DNA from: an uncultured Rhodospirillales bacterium
GTDB taxonomy: Bacteria; Pseudomonadota; Alphaproteobacteria; ATCC43930; CGMCC-115725
Assembly: GCA_903828515.1 (NCBI GenBank)
Contig: CAIKMD010000007.1
Span: 1,208,706 to 1,272,705 of the forward strand
Reading direction: 5' to 3'
DNA length: 64,000 nt
Under the pieces are notes generated by a model, which saw only the letters and a program-made list of their open reading frames with translations, did no database searches and was not told the DNA's origin. Positions 45,784 through 54,117 of this stretch are shown here, one piece after another (the first letter of the stretch is position 1; the number at the start of each line of letters is the position of its first letter). A program made the position numbers and the translations under genes.

Positions 45784-45864
45784 TGGGCGTGCATTGCACG
45801 CGGTCGACTAGTTGGCGTGCGGCGCACGCGGGCGACCAGTTGGCGTGCGGCGCACGCCGGAGGC
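45781..45864. repeat. Three tandem ~28-bp units, each with a perfect 15-bp palindrome, filling the whole convergent intergenic spacer
   Basis: Unit 1 TAGTGG-GCGTGCA-T-TGCACGC-GGTCGAC; unit 2 TAGTTG-GCGTGCG-G-CGCACGC-GGGCGACC; unit 3 AGTTG-GCGTGCG-G-CGCACGC-CGGAGGC. Confidence 0.85.
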
Positions 45865-46295
45865 TAATCGGACTCGAGCGCCTCGCGGAAGGCGCGCGGA
45901 TCGAACTCAGCGGCGCCCTCGGCGCCCTTGCGGGTGACCTTCAATTCCAATCGCGCCGCCGCGACCAAGGCATTCTCGGTCAATGCGCCGCCCGGCGTTT
46001 CGTCATCCATGGCGAGCGCGGTCAGGGCTGGGCTCTGGGCCAGAAGGCGATAGAGCGCGGTGATGCGCAGATAGAGGTTGAGCGTCGTCTGGACGTTAGT
46101 GCCGAGCTCGTCGGCAAAGAGGGTGAGCACGGCGCGGGTCTCGATCGGCGGTGGCTCCTCGTCCTCGTCGAGGCCGGGATTGTCGGCCGCCAACTGATCG
46201 AGATATTCCTGAAACAGGAACGCCGCCGAGCCCAGCAGAAGGGGATCGACGGGCGGGACGGGCGGTTGAGCGGAGGTGCTGGGCGTATCGGGCAT
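45864..46295 (-). CDS. Hypothetical acidic protein (143 aa)
   Basis: Strong G/C third-position bias in this frame. The composition is protein-like (MPDTPSTSAQPPVPPVDPLLLGSAAFLFQEYLDQLAADNPGLDEDEEPPP...). No family recognised. Start set at the internal ATG 46295. Confidence 0.5.
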   Translation of the reverse strand: MPDTPSTSAQPPVPPVDPLLLGSAAFLFQEYLDQLAADNPGLDEDEEPPPIETRAVLTLFADELGTNVQTTLNLYLRITALYRLLAQSPALTALAMDDETPGGALTENALVAAARLELKVTRKGAEGAAEFDPRAFREALESD

Positions 46296-46298
46296 GTT

Positions 46299-46327
46299 CC
46301 CCTGTCTTAGCCCAGGGGGATTTTTTT
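46299..46327 (+). terminator. Intrinsic-terminator-like hairpin plus T7 run on the + strand
   Basis: CCCCTG-tcttagcc-CAGGGG followed by GA-TTTTTTT. It lies between the start of the minus-strand hypothetical gene and the ClC gene. Confidence 0.45.
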
Positions 46328-46417
46328 CCCAACCCCCGATGGAACAAAACCGCTGACAGCTCGTTGTCAAAATAGCCTGGGACGCGCGAGCGCGTCATCC
46401 GGGCAGGAGCCGTTTTT

Positions 46418-48301
46418 TTGAAGAGCGCGATCCTGAAGCCGGCCATGCAGAAATCCATCGAGGGCCGCTTCGCCAGCCTCTTCGAACTCTCCGCGCTGGC
46501 GATTGCCATCGGCACCGTGACCGGGTTGATGGGCGTGTTGTTCCGCGCGCTGGTTGCCGGAATCCATAATTTCTTTTTCCTCGGCGAATTGTCGCTTTAT
46601 TACGATCCGAACATCCACACCGTGGCGAGCTGGCTTGGGCCGCTGGTCATCCTGTCGCCGGTGGTCGGCGGCCTCGTCGTCATTTACCTGACGAGACTCC
46701 ATGCCGTGGAGCATCGCGGCCAAGGCGTCTCCGACGTCATCGACGCGATCTATTATCGCGAGGGGCGGGTGCGCTCGGTGCCGGCCTTCATCAAGTCGCT
46801 GGCGGCGGGTATCCAAAGCGGATCGGGTGGTTCGGTTGGGCGCGAGGCGGCGATCGTACAGATTGGCGCCGCGCTCGCCTCGCGGTTGGCCCGGTTCATG
46901 AACATCGCGCAGTGGCAGCGCATGACGCTGGTCGCCGCCGGTGCCGCCTCCGGCCTCGCAGCCGCGTTCAACGCGCCGCTCGGCTCGATCGTCTTCGCGG
47001 TCGAACTGATGATGCCTGAGATCAGCCCCCGCACGTTGTTGCCGGTCACCATGGCGGCGGGTGCCGGCACCTTCGTCGCGCGGCTTTTTTATGGCTTGCA
47101 GCCGACCTTCCTGGTGCAGACCGTCACCGCGTCGCAACTGCGCGTGTCGGGCGTGCTCGACCTGTTGCCTTTCGTCGTCTTCGGCATTCTGCTTGGTTTG
47201 ACCTCGTGGCTGATGATCCGCGCTCTGGGCTGGACCGAGGCGCTGCTGACCAAGATCACCGCTAATCCCTATCTGCGCCACGCCTTCGCCATGCTGCTGG
47301 TCGGGCTGCTGATCTATGCGATGAAATGGGCGGTCGGCGACTACGAGATCGAAGGACCGAGCTACGCCGCGCTACAGGATATTCTTCAGGGCGACGTGAC
47401 CAGCGTGTGGTTCTTCGCGCTCCTGTTTGTGGCGAAGCTCGTCGCCACCACGTTAACTCTCGCCTCGGGCGGAAGCGGCGGCGTTTTCTCCGCATCCCTT
47501 ATAATCGGCGCGGCTTTGGGCGGCGTGGTCGGAAACCTCACCCACCTAATATTGCCCCATCTTGACATCAATCTCGCCGACTACGCGATCGTCGGCATGG
47601 CCGGCATGCTGGGCGGCACCACCGGTGCGGCGATGACGGCCATCGTCATGGTGTTCGAACTGACCCGAGACTACAACGTCATCGTCCCGCTTATTCTCGC
47701 GGTCACGTTGGCGATTGCGGTGCGCCGTGGCGTCCTGCCGCACAGTATTTACACGCTGAAACTCGCGGACAAAGGGCACGAAGTGCCCGATGCGTTGCAG
47801 GCGAACACGTATCGAATCCGCCCAGTCGAACGTGCCATGACGACCGATTTCGAGGTTCGTCCGGCCGATGCAATGCTCGACGAGGTGATCGGCGCCTTGG
47901 CCGAAACCGGGCGCCCGATCTACGTGGTGATCGCTGACGGCAAGCGGTTCGCCGGCTATATCCGGCTCGACCCGGGTTTCAAGCTGTGGCGGTCGCGCGA
48001 TGCCGGCCTGCGCCTGGGCGATGTTGCACGCAACGACTATGTACTGGCCCGGCCGCAGGACACGGTCTTTGACGTGATCGGACGTTTGGCGCGGCGCGGC
48101 GCGCGCTTGGCTATCGTGATGGGTGGCGTCAACCGCATCCCGCGCGCTGCCGATGTCGTCGGGTTCATCGCACTCGAGACGATGGGCGAGGGGGTGATCG
48201 AGAATGCGCGCGCCTACGCGCCGCAGGCGACGCGCAACCCGTTCCCGTTGCTCTATCGCCGGCGCGTCGGGCGCAGTTTCTCGTCGTGGTGGAAGCGCTA
48301 G
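46418..48301 (+). CDS. ClC family voltage-gated chloride channel/antiporter with C-terminal CBS pair
   Basis: GREAAIVQIGAA (GREGP-like gating-Glu motif), GGSGGVFSASL (GxFxP-like), ~10-12 TM helices and a C-terminal CBS-like region. TTG start 8 nt after AGGAG; ATG 46445 is the alternative. Confidence 0.88.
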   Translation: MKSAILKPAMQKSIEGRFASLFELSALAIAIGTVTGLMGVLFRALVAGIHNFFFLGELSLYYDPNIHTVASWLGPLVILSPVVGGLVVIYLTRLHAVEHRGQGVSDVIDAIYYREGRVRSVPAFIKSLAAGIQSGSGGSVGREAAIVQIGAALASRLARFMNIAQWQRMTLVAAGAASGLAAAFNAPLGSIVFAVELMMPEISPRTLLPVTMAAGAGTFVARLFYGLQPTFLVQTVTASQLRVSGVLDLLPFVVFGILLGLTSWLMIRALGWTEALLTKITANPYLRHAFAMLLVGLLIYAMKWAVGDYEIEGPSYAALQDILQGDVTSVWFFALLFVAKLVATTLTLASGGSGGVFSASLIIGAALGGVVGNLTHLILPHLDINLADYAIVGMAGMLGGTTGAAMTAIVMVFELTRDYNVIVPLILAVTLAIAVRRGVLPHSIYTLKLADKGHEVPDALQANTYRIRPVERAMTTDFEVRPADAMLDEVIGALAETGRPIYVVIADGKRFAGYIRLDPGFKLWRSRDAGLRLGDVARNDYVLARPQDTVFDVIGRLARRGARLAIVMGGVNRIPRAADVVGFIALETMGEGVIENARAYAPQATRNPFPLLYRRRVGRSFSSWWKR

Positions 48302-48307
48302 ATTCGC

Positions 48308-48751
48308 TTACGCCGGATCGCCGGTATCCGCGAGCAACCCTGCCGCCTTGATCCCGGCGACGGCACAGGCCTCGTCGTTCTCCGACGTGTCGCCCGAGAT
48401 ACCGACCGCGCCAAGGATGTTCTTTTCGGCATCGCGGATCAATACGCCGCCGGCGTTCGGGATCACCTTGCCTTCGGACGCGACCATCAGCGAGTTGAGG
48501 AAGGTGGCGCCGCCGCCCGCTGCGCGGCGCGCGAATTCGCGTCCGCCGAAACCCATGCCGAGGGTGCCCCAAGCTTTGCCCTGCGCGATCTGCGGCCGCA
48601 GGATGCTCGATCCATCCTCGCGCTTGAACGCCATCAGATGGCCGCCGGCGTCGAGCACGGCGACGGTGAGCGGCTTGAATTTTGCGGCGCGTCCGTGTTC
48701 GAGCGCCTTGTCGACCATGGTGGAAGCCTGGGCGAGGGTCAGTGGGGTCAT
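48308..48751 (-). CDS. GlcG/HbpS-like (DUF336) haem-binding-fold protein
   Basis: 147 aa. KPLTVAVLDAGGHLMAFKREDG...GGVLIRD...ILGAVGISGDTSENDEACAVAG is the family signature. Confidence 0.85.
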   Translation of the reverse strand: MTPLTLAQASTMVDKALEHGRAAKFKPLTVAVLDAGGHLMAFKREDGSSILRPQIAQGKAWGTLGMGFGGREFARRAAGGGATFLNSLMVASEGKVIPNAGGVLIRDAEKNILGAVGISGDTSENDEACAVAGIKAAGLLADTGDPA

Positions 48752-48842
48752 CGATCAAAATCTCCCGAAAAGGTGAGGTGGCGGCAAGCGCCCGCGGGTG
48801 GCAATATCACACACCGCGCCGGGAGGGGATAGGAAAACGCCG

Positions 48843-49835
48843 ATGTCGAAACTACGTTTGTCTTTTTCGTGCTGGGATTACGATCGGATGCGCGCGCTGG
48901 CCGATGAAAGCGTGACGCCGCAGGGCATCGAGTTGACCTGCATGCAGCATGTGGTCGAGGAAACCTTCTTCCGCATGGCCCGTCACCGCGAGTTCGATCT
49001 CGCCGAAATGTCGCTGAGTTCCTATACCGTCTCGCTGTCGAAACCGGACCGGCCCTTTGTCGCGATCCCGGTCTTTCCGTCGCGTATGTTCCGGCATGGG
49101 TTCATTTTCACTTCGGCCAAGAGCGGCATCAAGGAACCCAAAGACCTGATCGGCAAGCGCGTCGGCACCCCGGAATACCAGCTCACCGCGCCGGTCTGGA
49201 TCCGTGGCATTTTGCAGGATGAATACGGTGTCGACGCTGCGAGCCCGCAATATCTGACCGGTGGCCTCCTCGAGCCCGGCCGGGTCGAAAAGATCACACT
49301 CAATCTGCCGGAGAAATTCCGCGTGGGAACCATCTCCACCGACCGGACTCTCTCCGAGATGATCGTGACGGGCGAGATCGACGCGATCCATGCGCCGCAT
49401 CCGCCATCGACGTTCTACACCGAGCCCAAAGCCGTCAAACGCCTGATCGAGGATTATCACGACGTCGAGCGCGCGTATTACCGCAAGACCAAGATTTTTC
49501 CGATCATGCACACAGTGGCGATCCGCCGCGAGGTCTACGAGGCCAATCGCTGGATCGCGCAATCGTTGATGACGGCGTTCGTCGCGGCGCAGCGCAAGGT
49601 CTATGAAGATTTCCACCATCTCGAGGCTTATCACACCATGCTGCCGTGGCAGATGGCGTATATGGAAGAAACGCGGCGCGAGATGGGCGACGATTGGTGG
49701 GCTTACGGGCTCGAGCCCAATCGCCACGTTCTCGACACGTTTTTGCGTTATCACCACGAGCAGGGGCTGTCGCCGAAACGGTTGAAGCCTGAGGATTTGT
49801 TTGCACCCGAAGCATTGGAAAGTTTCAAGATCTAA
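48843..49835 (+). CDS. 4,5-dihydroxyphthalate decarboxylase-like / NMT1-type binding-fold protein
   Basis: MSKLRLSFSCWDYDRMRAL...FDLAEMSLSSY...FVAIPVFPSRMFRH resembles the PhtD-like family from memory. The function assignment is tentative. Confidence 0.55.
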   Translation: MSKLRLSFSCWDYDRMRALADESVTPQGIELTCMQHVVEETFFRMARHREFDLAEMSLSSYTVSLSKPDRPFVAIPVFPSRMFRHGFIFTSAKSGIKEPKDLIGKRVGTPEYQLTAPVWIRGILQDEYGVDAASPQYLTGGLLEPGRVEKITLNLPEKFRVGTISTDRTLSEMIVTGEIDAIHAPHPPSTFYTEPKAVKRLIEDYHDVERAYYRKTKIFPIMHTVAIRREVYEANRWIAQSLMTAFVAAQRKVYEDFHHLEAYHTMLPWQMAYMEETRREMGDDWWAYGLEPNRHVLDTFLRYHHEQGLSPKRLKPEDLFAPEALESFKI

Positions 49836-49857
49836 AAAAAATTACGGGAGTTTCGCG

Positions 49858-51147
49858 ATGACGAAGATGCTGTGGCAAGGCGTCGCGTTGGCGGCGTTGG
49901 TGGTCTTCGGCGGTGTTGGATCGGTCTCTGCCGCCGACACGGTCTTCCAGGGCAAGGAAGCGTTCGGCGATTACACCCGTGACGCGCCGGGCGTGCGGCA
50001 CAAGATCACGGCCGCCGACATTCCGGCACCCTTTGCTACCGAAGCCGCGCGCAACTTCTCGAAGATCGCGCCGCAGCCGCAGGACGGGAAGTTGAAGGTG
50101 CCGGCCGGATTTTCGGTCACGGCTTTTGCGAATGGCTTCAACGTGCCGCGCCAGATGAAGATCGCGCCCAACGGCGATATTTTCATGTCCGAAAGCGGCA
50201 CCGGAAAAATCCATGTCCTGCGTGGCGCCGACAAAGCCGCGAGCGACGACATTTTCGCGACCGTCGCCGAGAAACCTTACGGCATCGCGTTCTTCCCGCC
50301 GGGACCGAAGCCACAATGGGTTTACATCGCTTCGATGAACCAGGTGGTGCGCTTTCCCTATCAGGTCGGGGACATCAAGGCGCGCGGCCCCGCCGAGACG
50401 ATCGTGCCGAACTTGCCGGGGCCGGTGCATTGGACGCGCGACATCGTGCCGACGCTCGACGGCAAGCATTTTCTCCTTGCCATCGGTTCCAGCTCCAACA
50501 TACAGGACAATGGACCCGACGCCGAGAAATTCCGTGCCAACATCCTTCAGTTCAATCCCGACGGCAGCGGCCGGAGCATTTATGCAGCGGGTACGCGTAA
50601 TCCGGTGACTATCGCTTTCGATCCGGTCACCAAGAATCTTTGGGCTTCGGTCAACGAGCGTGATCTTCTCGGCAACAATCTGCCGCCGGATTATGTGACG
50701 CATATCCAGCCGGGGAAATTCTATGGCTGGCCCTATTTCTATACCGGCAACCACGCCGATCCTCGGGTCAAAGGCACGCCGCCGGTACCGGGCAATCAGG
50801 TCGTGGTCGGCGACGTGCTGATTCAGCCGCATTCGGCGCCGCTCGGCATGGCCTTCTATACCGGCCGCCAGTTCCCCGCAGAGTATCGCAACGATCTGTT
50901 TGTGGCGCTTCATGGTTCGTGGAACCGCGATCTGCGCACCGGGTATAAGCTCATCCGGATCAAGCTCAAGGACGGCCATGCCACCGGCGACTACGAGGAT
51001 TTCATGACCGGGTTCGTGACCGGCGATGCACAGGTCTGGGGTCGGCCGGTCGGTGTCGTGGTGGCGCCCGACGGATCGCTGCTGATGAGCGATGACGGCT
51101 CGGGCACGGTATGGCGCATCGCCTATACCGGCGGCGCCACGCATTGA
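49858..51147 (+). CDS. Secreted PQQ-dependent sugar (sorbosone/glucose) dehydrogenase-like beta-propeller
   Basis: Signal peptide MTKMLWQGVALAALVVFGGVGSVSAADT. Blocks PRQMKIAPNGDIFMSE, RNPVTIAFDP, GWPYFY and HSAPLGMAFY are typical of the SNDH/YliI family. Confidence 0.75.
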   Translation: MTKMLWQGVALAALVVFGGVGSVSAADTVFQGKEAFGDYTRDAPGVRHKITAADIPAPFATEAARNFSKIAPQPQDGKLKVPAGFSVTAFANGFNVPRQMKIAPNGDIFMSESGTGKIHVLRGADKAASDDIFATVAEKPYGIAFFPPGPKPQWVYIASMNQVVRFPYQVGDIKARGPAETIVPNLPGPVHWTRDIVPTLDGKHFLLAIGSSSNIQDNGPDAEKFRANILQFNPDGSGRSIYAAGTRNPVTIAFDPVTKNLWASVNERDLLGNNLPPDYVTHIQPGKFYGWPYFYTGNHADPRVKGTPPVPGNQVVVGDVLIQPHSAPLGMAFYTGRQFPAEYRNDLFVALHGSWNRDLRTGYKLIRIKLKDGHATGDYEDFMTGFVTGDAQVWGRPVGVVVAPDGSLLMSDDGSGTVWRIAYTGGATH

Positions 51148-51932
51148 GCACCCAGGTTCCGCTCGCCGCGACGGTGTTACTGCTGCGCGACAGCGCCGCG
51201 GGGCTCGAAGTCCTGATGGTCACGCGTCACGCCGAGGTGGTGTTTGCCGGTGGCGCGCTGGTATTCCCGGGCGGCCGGCTCGATCCCGAGGATTCGGCGC
51301 CGGAGCTCGTGGGGCAAGTCCGCGCAGTTCCCGGCATCGATGCGGCGCAGATGGCGTTGCGCGTCTGCGCCATTCGAGAGACCTTCGAGGAGGCGGGCTT
51401 GCTGCTCGCGCGAGAGCGGGGTAGCGACACGCTGCTCGCCGGCGATCAGCTCGTGGCGCTGGTGAAACGGCTGACGACGCAATTGGGCCGTGCGCCCAGC
51501 TTCAATGAACTCGCGACGCAAGGTGCGATCGAACTGGCGACGGATTTGCTGGTGCCTTTCGCGCACTGGATCACACCGGTGCTCCGTCCGAAACGCTACG
51601 ACACCTATTTCTTCCTGGCACCGGCACCGCCGGATCAGCAGGCGCAGCACGACGGGCATGAGGCGGTTGCGTCGGTGTGGGTTCCGCCGACGCAGGCTGC
51701 GGCTGACGGCGCTGCGCATCGGGTCAAAATGATCTTCGCCACGCGGTTCAACCTGCAAAAGCTCGCGCGGAGCAACGACGCGCAAAGCGCCTTTGCTGCT
51801 GCGCGCGCCGACACGATCGTAACGGTCTGTCCGGAATATCGTGAATCGCCCAAGGGCACGTTGTGGTGCATTCCGATCGAGGCCGGTTACGGCATTTCGG
51901 AGACGCTGGTCGCCGGTGAACCGGTCGCTTAA
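51111..51932 (+). CDS. NUDIX hydrolase family protein
   Basis: FPGGRLDPED...AIRETFEEAGLLLA is a NUDIX box with an extended spacer. Start uncertain: ATG 51111 overlaps the previous gene, and a TTG at 51144 is possible. Confidence 0.75.
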   Translation: MAHRLYRRRHALSTQVPLAATVLLLRDSAAGLEVLMVTRHAEVVFAGGALVFPGGRLDPEDSAPELVGQVRAVPGIDAAQMALRVCAIRETFEEAGLLLARERGSDTLLAGDQLVALVKRLTTQLGRAPSFNELATQGAIELATDLLVPFAHWITPVLRPKRYDTYFFLAPAPPDQQAQHDGHEAVASVWVPPTQAAADGAAHRVKMIFATRFNLQKLARSNDAQSAFAAARADTIVTVCPEYRESPKGTLWCIPIEAGYGISETLVAGEPVA

Positions 51933-51950
51933 ATCGTCTGATTCTCTTCA

Positions 51951-52040
51951 TCGTGATGGCCGGGCTTGACCCGGCCATCCACGACTTTCTTACGGTGGCA
52001 ACAAGACGTGGATGCCCGGCACAAGGCCGGGCATGACGGG
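51951..52040. repeat. Inverted pair of REP-like GC-rich hairpin elements
   Basis: TCGTGATGGCCGGGCTTGACCCGGCCATCCACG (51951-51983) and CGTGGATGCCCGGCACAAGGCCGGGCATGACGGG (52007-52040). Each is internally palindromic and they face each other in inverted orientation between convergent genes. Antisense translation gives the ...PGLVPGIHV... artefact peptide that I associate with this repeat class in Hyphomicrobiales genomes. Confidence 0.75.
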
Positions 52041-52057
52041 TGAATTAAGGGATCGGA

Positions 52058-54013
52058 TCAGCGCTTGAAGTTGCGCTCGCCGTAGAACATCGGGCCACCG
52101 CGATAGGCGGGAAACCCGTAGCCATAGACCCAGATTACATCGATATCGCTGGCGCGTTCGGCGATACCGTCCTTGAGCAGATTTTTGCCTTCGTCGTACA
52201 TCGCCCCGAGAATGCGTGCGACGATTTCGTCGGCTGACAACGATGTGCGCGTGGTGCTGCCTCGGGCTTTGTCGACGATGGCTTGCGCCTCGGGGTCGGG
52301 GAGCGGCGTGCGATTGCCGGGATCGTAACGGTAATAGCCGGCACCGGTCTTCTGGCCGAAGCGGCCGGCATCGACGATCGCATCGACCAAAGGAAGGTTG
52401 CGGCCGCGCTGTTTGCGGGCTCGATAGGAAATGTCGAGCCCCGCCATGTCGGCGGCGACGAAGGGGCCGACCGCGAATCCGAATGCGACCATCGCGCGAT
52501 CGATGTCGAGAATGGTGATGCCTTCGGACAGCAAGGCCTCGGTTGCGCGCCATCGCGCGGTCAGCAACCGGTTGCCGATGAATCCGTCACAGGCGCCGGC
52601 AGCGACCGGAATCTTGCGCAGCTTGCGGCCGACCGCCATGCCGGTGGCGAGTGCTTCCGTGCTGCTCTTGGTCGCGCGAACCACCTCGATCACGCGCATC
52701 TGCGTGGCCGGCGCGAAGAAATGCAGCCCGATTACATTTTCGGGCCGATGCGTCGCCGATGCGAGCGTATCGATGTCGAGATAGGAAGTGTTGGTCGCCA
52801 GGATCGCCTCGGGTTTCGCCATGCGATCGAGCGCCGCGAAAATCTGTTGCTTCAAAGCCAGATCCTCGGTCACCGCCTCGACGACCAGATCGGCGATCGA
52901 GACGGCGTCGATCGCGGTCGTCCCGACGATACGGGTCAGGCGCCGTTCGGCCTCGTCGCCTTTGAGCCCGCGCTTGATCGCACTGTCATAGTGTTTGCGC
53001 AACGTTGCGCGCGCCCGCGCTAGCGCGGCGGGATCGGCTTCGACCAGCGTCACGCCATATCCGGCGTCGGCGCAGCAGATTGCGATGGCGCTACCCATCG
53101 TGCCGCCACCGATCACCGCGACCTGCTTGACCTCGCGCACCGGCGTATCGGCGGGGAGATAGCTGACCTTCGCGGCGTCGCGTTCGGCGAAGAACTGATA
53201 GCGCAGCGCTTTCGATTGCTCGCTTGCCACGGTGGCCGCGAAAATCTCGGCTTCGCGCGCGAGGCCTTCATCGAAGGGCAGGAGCGAGGCCTCGACCGCC
53301 GCGACGCAGGAATCATGCGCCTGAAGATGGGGACGGCGCTTGGTCAGGTCGGCGCGGGCCTGCACGAAGAATTCGGGGTCGGGCAGTTCCGGCGGCGGCA
53401 GATCGCGCACCCGTTTCAAGGGTGCCTTGTCGCGCACCAGATTATCGGCGAAGGCAACGGCGCCGGCGCGTAATTCACCCTCGATGATTGAATCGATCAG
53501 GCCGCGTTCCAATGCGAGGGGGGCGGCAATCGGGTCGCCGCCGACGATCATGTCGAGCGCGAGGGGCAGGCCGACCAGGCGTGGCAGGCGTTGCGTCCCG
53601 CCGGCGCCGGGGGTGAGGCCAAGTTTCACCTCCGGCTGTCCCATCCGCGCCTCTCTGGTGGCGACGCGGTAATGACAGCCCATGGCGAGTTCGAGCCCGC
53701 CGCCCAGCGCGTGGCCGTGAATGGCGGCGACGATCGGTTTGTTGGCTCGTTCCATGACGGCGATGATCGCGGGGTTGAGCGGTTCGTCGCGCTTGCGGTC
53801 GAACTCGCTGATATCGGCGCCGGCGATGAACCCGCGGCCCGCCCCGATCAGGACAACGGCTTGAGTGATCAGATCGCCCAACACCGCCTCGATCGCGGCT
53901 TTCAATGCGGTGCGCAGGGCGTGGCTGGTCGCGTTCACCGGCGGGTTGTCGATGGTGAGGATCGCGACCGCGCCCACATGCTCGGTCCGGACTAAAGGCG
54001 CTCGGTCGTTCAT
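52058..54013 (-). CDS. Bifunctional enoyl-CoA hydratase / 3-hydroxyacyl-CoA dehydrogenase (FadB/FadJ-like)
   Basis: N-terminal crotonase fold (AILTIDNPPVNA...GRGFIAGADISEF...AAIHGHALGGGLELAMGCHYRVA) and a central NAD site (VAVIGGGTMGSAIA). Start set at the internal ATG 54013 (MNDRAP). Confidence 0.9.
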   Translation of the reverse strand: MNDRAPLVRTEHVGAVAILTIDNPPVNATSHALRTALKAAIEAVLGDLITQAVVLIGAGRGFIAGADISEFDRKRDEPLNPAIIAVMERANKPIVAAIHGHALGGGLELAMGCHYRVATREARMGQPEVKLGLTPGAGGTQRLPRLVGLPLALDMIVGGDPIAAPLALERGLIDSIIEGELRAGAVAFADNLVRDKAPLKRVRDLPPPELPDPEFFVQARADLTKRRPHLQAHDSCVAAVEASLLPFDEGLAREAEIFAATVASEQSKALRYQFFAERDAAKVSYLPADTPVREVKQVAVIGGGTMGSAIAICCADAGYGVTLVEADPAALARARATLRKHYDSAIKRGLKGDEAERRLTRIVGTTAIDAVSIADLVVEAVTEDLALKQQIFAALDRMAKPEAILATNTSYLDIDTLASATHRPENVIGLHFFAPATQMRVIEVVRATKSSTEALATGMAVGRKLRKIPVAAGACDGFIGNRLLTARWRATEALLSEGITILDIDRAMVAFGFAVGPFVAADMAGLDISYRARKQRGRNLPLVDAIVDAGRFGQKTGAGYYRYDPGNRTPLPDPEAQAIVDKARGSTTRTSLSADEIVARILGAMYDEGKNLLKDGIAERASDIDVIWVYGYGFPAYRGGPMFYGERNFKR

Positions 54014-54117
54014 GAAGGAAGGCTTGAAGCCCGGCCGGGTTTCTGTCAAGCAGAAGGCGGCATTAGACGCCTTTGCCACGTAATTTCGGGCGCAAAAGCC
54101 GGGCCACAGGGGGGCCG

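Noticed and set aside
46328-46417. Possible fluoride (crcB-motif) riboswitch in front of the ClC gene. The strings GATGG and AACCGC occur at about 46338-46352.
   Set aside because: I could not draw a flanking P1 helix or the 3' pseudoknot segment (CUGAUG...CUAC-like). The ClC protein also lacks CLC-F-type filter motifs. This is probably a coincidence.
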